From the NCBI GenBank assembly GCA_001949185.1, contig BDGG01000003.1, positions 2,111,663-2,175,662 of the forward strand: DNA of 64,000 nt, written 5' to 3'. Made by a program: the position numbers and the translations under genes. The notes beneath the pieces were generated by a model. It made no database searches and was not told where the DNA came from. It worked only from the letters and a program-made list of their open reading frames with translations. This DNA is from Ramazzottius varieornatus. Taxonomy: Eukaryota; Animalia; Tardigrada. Each line of letters begins with the position of its first letter. Position 1 is the stretch's first letter. Shown here piece by piece: positions 53,981 through 64,000 of this stretch.

Positions 53981-56900
53981 TCATAACATCATGTAAAAGT
54001 TTGAAAATGGAAAAGAAATATAGAACTGTATGAACATCACAGTTAAAAGAAAGGACGGTGCTGGAAAACTTCCAACAGCGCTATTACGAACAATCTTGGC
54101 CACAGTCAGCTGCTGCGTGACTTGTGTCACCGCTGGCACATCCTCGGTCCTCACTAACGGCATGCCGAACTGCTCGGCCACTACTTTGGTCACATTCTCC
54201 ACTCCGTAGAAGATTAGAGACCAGGACGTTAAAAGTATCGAAGGGGGAGCTTTCTGTACAGGGTCGCTGTACTCCACAATCAGCCGCCATGTCCCCACTG
54301 GGTCCTCGCCCCAGAAGTGGACAGTGCTGAAAGGGTACTCGAAGAACCCGTTGGTGTCGTCATCTTGTGAACGACGAGGTAGTAAATTGGAGGGCGTTCC
54401 CCTCGGTGAGATCAAGGTTATCACAATGTTTCCGCGTCGCGGAGCTTGAATGGTGACAATGGCTTGGACGTGTTCCACACTGCGTACAGTGTCGGGCGTA
54501 CCAAAACAACCATCTGTTGGAATGTCCACCTCTGTCCTTCCGTTCTCCGAACGCCTAGCAAAAAACATAAAATATACCCAGGTTAAAAACATACAGGGTA
54601 GCCAGCAAACAATATCAACCCATATTTCGCCTACCTGCATACATCGAGCTGTGAAATTACTACAGGGGCCAGGTATGTAGGTGCTTGCAAAACAGGCTCT
54701 GGTAACCATTTCATACACCTGCATACACCGAATCAGATACTTCTGCCACAGACGAGTATGCAGGTATGTGGCAGGGTATCTAAACTGAGTTGACGACGTT
54801 TCCTAGCTCGTACGAGCAACTGAACTTTTTCGAGAGATCAATTTTGTCTAAATAAAGTACGGCACGTTCAAGGCTATTGCGGTACCTAAGATCACGGTTT
54901 ATCGACGTTTGACACTTATGGTGCTCGCCGACGCTTTCCCAGAACATGGCTAACTGCACGAGTCTATCCGCGTCCAGTAGACCGTATCCGAACTTATTGC
55001 TGACTGCAAGCACGTGAAGACCGTCAATATCGACCCATCAAAAGAACATTGCACGCTACAGTGGCTGCCGACAGAAGGAAGTGTGGCGGCGAGTCATTGG
55101 CAATATCGCATGTTCATTTTTATTACCGCGTCGTCCCAGACTGTTGATAACCCAGTCATCCATGAGAGGTTCCGGGTTCGATGACAGAACTATGAGGTAT
55201 TGCAGGTCGCGCCAGGTTAAGTTCCGATTGGCTTCGAGAGCCAAGGCAAGAACTCCAGCGGCCATCGGTGCCGATGCGGAGGTTCCCGTGTGCTGGTTCG
55301 TACAAGCTTGAAAGAAGTTCCCAGGTGTGTTGAGATCGGTTGTGATGACGGAAGGCTGCCAAGAGTTACCACTGGAATATGTTGTGGTCAGTGTCGAAGA
55401 ACATTCTGTGAAAAAAGTACGCAACTTGCAACAAATACAGCAGAAAGTTTGTGCCCTGTGAGTCGACCTTCTACAGTAACATTAAGATGGGTAGAAAGAA
55501 TTGACCAAAATGTGAAGATTACTTTTTGCGGACTTTTTCGAAGACTGAATCACCTTCGAGATACCAAGGCTTGCTGCCATCTTGTGCGGCGCTGCTGACA
55601 CTGATCGTGTAGATACTGCTGGCGTACCCGTCACAGCTGCAGCTATCATCGTCTTTTCCGCCATTTCCTGTCAAGGAAAACTTCCCGTTATTGTTTCGCG
55701 AAAGTCTCTCTGATGATAGACAGTAGGTGCGTCACAACTTACCGGAAGCCCAAACGAAAATCGAACCAAGACCTTTGCGACCCTACAAGCAAACCAACAG
55801 CCATGTGTATTTAGACCTAAAAACCTCTCGTTCCCGTGTTGAGTGGCTGTACATCTTACTGCAGTTAGCATAGCTTTATTCTGAAAAGGATGCTTACCGT
55901 TCTCACTCCATCTTCGAAGGCTTTCTGGGCTAGTCTTCCGGGACCGTCTAAAGCCTTACCCTGGAGAAACACGGATGCATCGTTAGTTTTTTAGGCTTAC
56001 TGGTTCGTTCAGCCTTTGTTGTAAAGATTCACAGTGTTTGCTTACGCTGTCTTCGGGACCCCAGCTGGCGCTGTAGATGTCGATGTGTTGCGAATTGAAG
56101 CTGATGGCCGCTGCCTCCGTACTTAAAGAATGAAATGAATGGAATCTATAGCAAATCGTTATCTATCGGAGTTGATGTCAGCGCTTCCTCAAGATACCTG
56201 TCATGAATCTCTCCATCCAGTACTCGAACTCCTGAACAGAAATCGGAACCGATTATCTCATTTGCTGCTGATGGGAACAACCATATGAATGACAACAAGT
56301 CCGTTCGTTGATCTCACCTACCGCCAATACTTGCATTAAACGCCACTCCTACTCCGCACACTCCATTTCCTGCCATGAGCAACGATTAATCAAATTATGC
56401 ATTATTATGAAACTTTAAAACATAACATGCATGTCAATAAGTTTAGTCTTTTCTTCAGGAAGAGCCATATTTTATTTTTTCATAATATGGGTTATCGGAA
56501 AATGATTTGAGCATGACGTTTTTCCAGTAGCGCATGCTTCCATTATTGTTGGCTGAAAGAGCGCGCCACTTGGCAGAACGATAAATGGTAAATTCATCTG
56601 CCGAATATCCTACCTCCAACAGCGGCCACTACTCCCGCACAGCGCGTGCCGTGTTTATTCTGTCCGTCGTCCGTGGGCGTTGGATCAAAGTCGTTCCCGT
56701 TGATATCGAGACTAGCCAGATGATCCTGTACATAACAAACATAAACAGTAAACAATCAGGCTGTAATCAGCCGGGAGTTCGACTTCCGACATCGAAGCGA
56801 CTCTGTTCTATGGACGAACCACGCCAGTGTTTTTGTTTATTGAAAGTTGAAAGCTTCGTGGCAAGTACACCGCGGTGTATCGTCTGGTACCTCCACGGAA

Positions 56901-58248
56901 AGAAGAGCATAGTATCGGACAAGTAATCTTACGTAGTTCTGACTAATATCAGGGTGGTTCCATTGTAGTCCGTCATCGAGAATGCTAACGACCACGCCCT
57001 TGCCGGAAAAGCCTCGCCTCCATGCGTTCTCTACATTCATATCCCAGCCGCCTCTTCCGCCTTTCCGCTACACAAAATCATTGACGAATATCCAGCGTAC
57101 TCTGAACACCAAGTCGAAAAAACGGAGTACGCCCATCTTTCGAACAAGTGCATACTCGCGCGCACTGGTTTATGCAAAGTTCGCCGTATGCAGGTGGGTG
57201 AACTCCAGCGTGATATTGCTTACCGATCCCTCCATTACGGATCACACGTACCAAATACCATTCTTGGCGGTAGAAAGGGTCCCTCCACGGGGCATCATCT
57301 GATATTGTGGGTCGTGGAACCGGAAGTCGTCGCTCAATATTGAGGAAGTCGCGCTTTGTTCGAGTAAGAGGCTGCTGGAGCTCGAACCACAGTACCTACA
57401 CGAAGAACAACAAAATTCAACAGTGTGTTACAACAGAAAAAAGAACTCTTCAAGTGTCGATCGGGAACAAAGAATGCCACACAATTTGCATACATCAGGA
57501 TCTGCCGATAACGACTGAACGGTTGTCGATCGCTTCCGCCTGGAAGTGTGCTCCAGAAGGTAATAATCTTTGAGTGAGCCAATCTGTAAATATTGGGCAC
57601 AGTTATGTAAGACTAATATTACCATACTATCGAGCGGTCTCTCCTTTACTGCCCAAAACCATATCTATCCACGGTACCATTTTCACATATTACGGTTACT
57701 CGTATACTGAAATCAACCGCTGAAGTTATATCCGAAAAATAATTAAGCGAACTTTTGTTCATAGAATCTGCTTTCGATGTTTGCTTGCTGAAAAGTGGGA
57801 GAGCAGTGGTGATGATAGATTGAAAAGTCATAAAAACATTAACGCTTTATCTACTTTACTTTTATTGAACACATTACTCGAACAGATAATCGTGACCATG
57901 ACCGGCTTTTACTTCGTCACGGCGAACGAGGCCAAATTTAGGCATGATCAATGAAATTTAGCATGACAATATCGACGTCCGGGCATGCGCGTTTGAAAAT
58001 TCTGATGGAGAACGCATCACAAACAACGGAGCATGTTGAAGAAAACATACCTGTCCTGCAAATTTGAGTCCGTTCTCCAAAGCGACAGTCTCTGCTTTCT
58101 GTATTCCGCCCACAATATGCACAGCGATACGGTCCGATGACGACGGCGACTTTTGCAACTTCCTGGTTCCAGTCTCCGAAGCCGTAGCTGTCCTTGCCAG
58201 TGTAATCCAGAGGAAGTAGGCTGTCAGGAAGGAGCCATGGTAGCGCAT
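53981..58248 (-). CDS. Furin-like subtilisin/kexin proprotein convertase, ~14 small exons, no Cys-rich domain
   Basis: Signal peptide, prodomain with RRKR and TRTKR sites, catalytic ILDDG / HGTRCAG / WASGNGG / [10 protein letters not shown] domain (VEHVQ..RRGN..LISP.GT..HFWGE.P.GTW) and a hydrophobic C-terminus. Confidence 0.92.
56493..56607. repeat. Hairpin/MITE family A copy 14 (furin-like gene intron)
   Basis: TATCGGAAAATGATTT...CAGTAGCGCAT-N25-GCGCGCCACTTG...AATTCATCTGCCGAATA. Confidence 0.65.
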
Positions 58249-59007
58249 AGTAACAGCCAGATGAAAGACGAGAAAAGATTATTGCTTAGCGTCAGCATCA
58301 GCACGACACCAACCTTCACACCGGAAAGAAAACTGTAAATAGCACGATCCTATTTCCGCCGATAAGATGTATCATAAGACTAATATTCAAGGTTGGGTCC
58401 CCGTCAGCTTTCGCTGTAAAGATCGCGCACCATGCTACTTCGAACCTAGTTTCTCACGCTGTGTCATAGAGATAAGTTCTCCACGAGACAGCGGCCTTCG
58501 TACTTGAGAATTTCATGCAAGCAACAGTAGACTTGCAGGTCTCGCAATCGAAAGCGTAACCAGTCCTCGTACTTGGCGTGGTAGTGTAGTGTCATTTGAA
58601 TATACATACGAATGGCCATGGAATGACGATGCTCGGCTGGCATTATGGCCGCCAGCGGCCAAATGTTTGCTCAGTGGACAATCTGCCATGTCTCATTGAT
58701 CAGAATAAACTACGGACTATACCGGTTAAGTAGAGACGTCGATGAAAGCTTTGTTCACTTTCACGGACCTAGGTACCCGTGAATACGCACATGCAGGCCG
58801 TCCGTACGCCTTTCCTGTTCAACAAACGGCGCGTCTCTTCAGTGTTTGCCACCTAGCCGATCAATCCGAAAACACAGAAAGCCTACTCATATTGATATCA
58901 AACCATACCCTTCGTTCGCTTCCTCAACATCACTGCCACCGTCGCTTCATACCGAAAGTATTCCCGTATCGGTCCGAAGCGTAGAGAAAACCACCTGACT
59001 TCAAGTA

Positions 59008-59151
59008 GTGTAAATATTCGCTGCGTCCGCGCAGTACGCACACGTACGTGACGATGCACCCCCGTAGGGGTTGCGCAATCCGTAAAACTGGACCGAGGCT
59101 GTACTTCACTTGTACGATGACGTACTGCGTGGACGCAGCGAATATTTACAG
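59008..59151. mobile_element. 144-bp MITE with ~31-bp TIRs and TA flanks
   Basis: TGTAAATATTCGCTGCGTCCGCGCAGTACG / CGTACTGCGTGGACGCAGCGAATATTTACA; a second partial copy lies at 13013-13087. Confidence 0.8.
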
Positions 59152-59502
59152 TATCTAGAACTACTTGAACCTCATTGAATTTCTTTCCTCTTTCCCTGAG
59201 TCAGCAAGTCAAAAAGGCGTACTTGAACTCTACCTATTGAGCCGTTTCTGCTGGAATTTCAGTATTACAGGTTTACTAGCTATCGTAGGAAGCTAGCAAG
59301 ATTGAGTACAAAAGTAAAAAGGGAGAATGACGTACTTCCGTGATCGCGACAAAAAATTCCAGCCAAGGAGTTTTATCCGACCAAGCGACTGCCCCAAAAA
59401 AGGGTGAAAAGTGATAGCCTAAGAACAACAGAATCGTTATTGCGGAAAGGTAGAAGTTAAATTTCACGTAACAACAGACAAGCGAAACAAAGGAAGGCAT
59501 AA

Positions 59503-60850
59503 CTAGTCGAAAGTACCGATAACTTGGACAAGAGTCTCTAGTCGAACCATGGCTCGGTGACTATTCTCAGCTAGAAAGCTATCGACAGTCGCTTTTATCT
59601 TCTTGGAAGCCTTGATAAGCCTAAGCCTCTCCGGACCTGCCAAGGGAACATTTGAGAATTCAGAAGCGGCTGAAGGTGCGGGAACGTACTGTAAACGTGT
59701 GTTCAAGGCATTCGAAGTGGAGGCAGAGGCATTAGGGTCGCGAAGTCCGCTGGCTGGTGTGTCTGGAATGGGAACGTTGAACTGCACGGCATCTCCGTCG
59801 TCTTCCTGCTCGCCTTCCCCTTCCTCTTCTTCTTCGTCATCCTCACCGTTCGTGGCTTCTTCTCTTTCGCCGTCGAGTTGCTCTGTGGATTGTGCTTGCG
59901 AAAGTTGCTCAGAGGACTTCCGGTTGCGGTCCTCTTCCGGATTGTGGCCGTAGTGGCCGATACAGCCTGTTACCGACAGCTGACCATCTTCCTGCGTTTC
60001 AACCTGCAAAAAAATGGCAAAACGTTCTCAAAAATGTCGCGAAGATTGAAGACAGCGTGACCAAAGGCGGGCCACCAGTGAAACTCCGGCTGGTTTACAG
60101 TAAAAGCACTGCATGGCAAGCCATACAGGTAAAAGTCAACGTCAGCACCACATGAACAGTTCGAAATACGGATCACTGAATAGCTTGGCACACTCACCCG
60201 TAAGAAGGCTGTGCATTTGAACGGAAGTCTCGATCGCTCGTTGATAGTCTCGCTCAGTATCTCATGTTCGGTCTCGTCCAGATCGCGGTTACGAAAAGAC
60301 TTGACGGAAGAACGTCCACACTCCAGATGCATGACCAGTTTGCCTTTGGCCGTCGTCTTCCGGCTGCTCTGAGTGAAGTAGGTGCCAGTGTTGGTGTTGA
60401 GCTGCTGTCGCCATGAGTTCAAGACGTCCATGCTGGGAAAGAGTAAGTCGACCTTCGGGAACTTATCAATCTTGTGCTCGTTTTCCAAGTGTGCGATGAA
60501 TAACTGACGCTTATCAGCCACGTACTTGCATCCATTTTCTTGACAAACAAAGTCTGCAAAGCACAAACATTGACGACGTCGAATGTATGGGACATTCACA
60601 GGTGACAGGTGAACTTACTGGAGCTTTTGACGGTCGGGATTTCTGGATGGTATTTCTTGACATGCCTCCGTAACTCGTTCGCGCGTCCGAATGACTTCGT
60701 CTTTCCTCGCTCCTTGCAGATAGCGCAGATGGGACGAGGCAGCACATAGGGGCTTGTGCTGGACAATGGCTTGTAAGCAACCGCAGTCGACTCCAGAACA
60801 GCCACGCCGTCGTTCTTGCTCCTCTTAGTTGGCTTCTTCGTCTTCCCCAT
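59503..60850 (-). CDS. C2H2 zinc-finger protein with a MULE/FAR1-type (WRKY-GCM1-like) domain; 3 exons
   Basis: CAIC...HVKKYH and CQENGC...HLENEH fingers, then FPSMDVLNSW...ECGRS...CTAFLRV...VTGCIGHYGH and an acidic tract; splices at ~60619/60553 and ~60198/60003 keep the frame. Confidence 0.75.
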
Positions 60851-61401
60851 CCTGAAACAACTTACTCGGTATTAGCAAGCCCGGAACCGTTCTCAGAACA
60901 AATGCACGTTTTGTTCGAGACCGTCGAGGAGATGTCGACAACAATCTCTGATGAGTGATGAGAAAATCGGGAATATAATGCAACCAGTTTATCCAAATAA
61001 CCATGAGTCCATGACGCTGTACCGAACAGCACGGTTGTGGTTCGAAATCAATCAAGAATTCCACGGTGGACAAAATCTTCTTGGCAGGCCGTGCGATAAC
61101 TTATACTTCTCATCCAGCTTGGCAAGAAACAAAAAGGGTGTTGTGGCGAAATCGAAGTTACGTGGTTCCTGACTGCAGGCGGGCTGCCATCATCCGCGAC
61201 AGCCAGTATCATGACTAAGCAAATTTCATCGCAGGCCAATTGCAAGTGTCTGCTCGGTTTTGCAGCACTCCACTGTCTTTATGTCACGTTTTGTTGTGGT
61301 TTAGGCATCTTTCTTTGATCTTCAACGATCTACAAATCTTCCAGTATTTCCTAGCGGATGTTTGCCAAGCTTGGACCTTTTCTGAAAGAAGCCGAGGATC
61401 G

Positions 61402-64000
61402 ATGGAAGCAGTGCGGCAGAGAAATACTCGAATCAAGGGAGACAGGGTAAGCTAAAACGATTTGTTGTGCTCGATGTGAGATTGTTGTCGACTCATCTTC
61501 ATGGTCGGAGTGTTCGTAGTCCTTCTGATCGTCTAGAATGAATTGTGGAAGCGTTTGGGGTCGATAAGTTTCTTGTGCGCAACTCGGGTATTTTCTTGGC
61601 AGGCGAAAGCATGGGATGGGAGCGACGAGGAGTGCGGAGGAGATATTCCCGTGTTGGAGGATGAGTTCATTCAGCTCCTTCAAGATTCACGGATTCCAGA
61701 CGTTAACATCTCGGAGCAGCAGCCGGAAGAGTCCGCAGAGCTTGAAGGAAGCGCTCCAGAAGAACCTACGCATGAAGCAGCCTTCGAAAGGACGAAAAGC
61801 GATGAAGTAACCCAACCGGAAATGACTGCACAGTTATATACACCTACAGCACCTTCGTCCATGGAAAGCAGTACCACCAGAACGAAAGGTGAAGCAGCAG
61901 AACGAGCCGCCGAGACTCCTGCTGCACTTCAAACCAGGCAAATTTACAGTGAAGGGATCTTGAGCAAGATAAAAGAACAAGAGCTACCGCCTGCTGAAAC
62001 GACAAAAGTCGCACTTCCCCTGTATCCGTCTCTGGCAGAGAAGTTCAGGACAATTCATGTTCAGAAACCTCTGTCACGGACAGCAGTAAAGATTCACTAC
62101 GTCAATGCCGAAGCTGAGGCGCTTGAATCTGCGATAGATCAATTTGTCGAGGTAACTCGAAGTTCCGTTTTTATTTCTGAGTTCACATTTTTATTTTTGC
62201 TTCATCTTCCAGTCGAATATAACGGTCAATTTTCAACGCCATCCCTTGTACGTTTACCTGAACGAATACCTGAAAGCAATAACAACCTACGAAGCCACGT
62301 TAACCGACTTGAAGCAGTTGGAGAAAGCCTACGAAACAGCGAAAGAGGCTGTTTGGCAGATCACAGACAACAAAGTGAAAGAACACGGTCGGTGCGCGGA
62401 CAACAGGCACGTCACGGGAGAGCATTTCTACCGTCAGTGCCACCTGAACAAGAATTCCCTCGCACAAGTCGAAGCCAACCTGGAAAAGATCCGCGAGAAC
62501 CTCTTTCGAACGTCTTTCGCCCACAAGTGCACAGCGGAGCTCGCGAGGTTCCAGGTCACCGCGTACCTGTACGACTCGGTGAAGAACAATCCGATGACGG
62601 CAGCGATAAGAGACAGCTCACCTCTCGTCTCAAGACCGGAATTCGTCAAGCTACAGGAAACTTCGGAGTTACGATTGTGCGTTGGGATTTTGTTTGCTTT
62701 CCACCGAATTCCCATAGGTAATTTAATTCTACTGCATCTGCTAGTCTGGTAGGCTTGGAGCCTACTCGGTATGTCATACAGTAGGATGAATTGACTCAAT
62801 ACCTCGAAGTCGCTTTTTGTTCGAAATTTGGAAGTGACATGTTATGTTTACAGGAAGCGAGAAGTTTCGCGCGGATATCAGAGCATGGCTGACCGAAATT
62901 GTAGGTACGCTACTCCGCACCAGCACATTCTACGACCAACTCTTCGTGCTCAGCCACCTGCTGCGCAGTCCTTCTCCCGTCGTTCAATGGGCTTCCCACT
63001 TCCTCCAGCTTTCCCTCCCTACACAGTTCGCCAACAGGAACTGTCAGGACCCTTTTGTTAAACACTTCACTGTGATGCTCCGTTGTCTTCTCACTCCCAC
63101 CAAAGCTCGCGACGACTTCCTGTCCTCCTTCGCCATCAACCAGCCCAGCTCTGGCGAAGATCCCGACTCGAGCTGGATCGTCGTCGACCCTGACGCCGAA
63201 GGGCACGACACCATGCGGGCGACAACCACGATGGAAGTGCAGGAAGGTGATGTGTTCTGCCTGTTGAGACAATTCAGGTTCGACCAACTGTATGCTTGTC
63301 TCTTTGGGTCGGACTGTCTGGATCTGGAACCGTTTACTGTGATAAGCGACCACGACGTGCTAAGTCTATTCGGGTTTTGTTACGACTTCTTGGAAATGCT
63401 CGTGGAAGGTCTGTCGAACACCATGCTGAATAAGTACCCGAGGTACAATAAGAGACTCGCACAGATCATTCGAGACCTTGCTATCCATTTGAAAGAATTT
63501 TGGCAGAGGCTGAAGGAAGCCAAAGAAGATGATAACACGATAGTGAAAAATTTGCAGGTATGGTTTCTCGACAAATTAATAGGAAAAGTATGAAAACAGA
63601 GTCTTTTTTCTACAGATTAATTTTGAGGAGCTGCTGATGAAAGGTTTCGAACTTCTGACGCACAACGGTCGAACTGGAACTCTGCAGTTCCTGGTTGGAT
63701 GGCCGACCTCAGGTCTTTCTTCTCCAAACATCTGGCGAGCTGTCGTCTCGCTCGAAGCTCCTCCTGACGCTGACACGTCCTACCACCACGACACTACCTT
63801 CTGGAAGAGCGCCTTGACGCAGCTGCACAGCGGCTCGAAGCTGGAAGAGAAGTTGCGGTCGTTGGACGAGAGCAACGCGACGTACCTGCTCACAGCACTA
63901 GCTGGTCTCGTGCAGAAGTGTGATAGCTCTATGATGGATTTGGTCGAGGCGGTCTCGATGGAAATTCTGAAGATTTCCTTCCTGGGTTCACAACGAGTCA
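61402..64000 (+). CDS. EPG5: Ectopic P granules protein 5 (autophagy tethering factor), 5' part; continues beyond the window
   Basis: Start MEAVRQR, LYPSL, HGRCADNRHVTGEHFY, LRLCVGILFAFHR, FRADIRAWL...LLRTSTFYDQLFVLSHLLRSP..VVQWA, and YPRYNKRLAQII. Confidence 0.85.

Overview
Eukaryotic (animal) genomic DNA: gene-dense, with short GT-AG introns and four 50-N scaffold gaps. The gene content (sulfakinin, Otu, EPG5) indicates an arthropod; a compact mite-like genome is my inference only. Recognisable spliced genes, in order: PHF7/G2E3-like PHD protein (+), three-peptide sulfakinin precursor (+), alanine aminotransferase (-), ZnT1/SLC30A1 (+), SLC25A39/40 (-), RPS14 (+), UFL1 (-), NOP58 (+), Otu/OTUD4-like pseudo-deubiquitinase (-), LCLAT1 (-), MCCC1 (+), furin-like convertase (-), a C2H2 protein with a MULE-type zinc domain (-) and the 5' part of EPG5 (+). 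There are also two multi-exon orphan genes and one frameshifted secreted-protein ORF. An ~8 kb transposon nest lies at 11.2-19.1 kb. Main non-coding observations: (1) a ~115-bp hairpin family (CAAGTGGCGCAC-N23-25-GTGCGCCACTTG core) present 14 times, 13 of them in introns, with copy-specific arm complementarity; (2) three box C/D snoRNA candidates in NOP58 introns, one predicted to guide the site equivalent to human 18S Am512, as human NOP58-hosted SNORD70 does; (3) two reciprocal fold-back derivatives of a DD37D, TNA-target (Tc4/Tc5-like) transposon whose TIRs carry a perfect ETS-CRE motif; (4) an over-represented TCAATCAA motif near gene starts. Exon boundaries were read by eye and no database searches were run.
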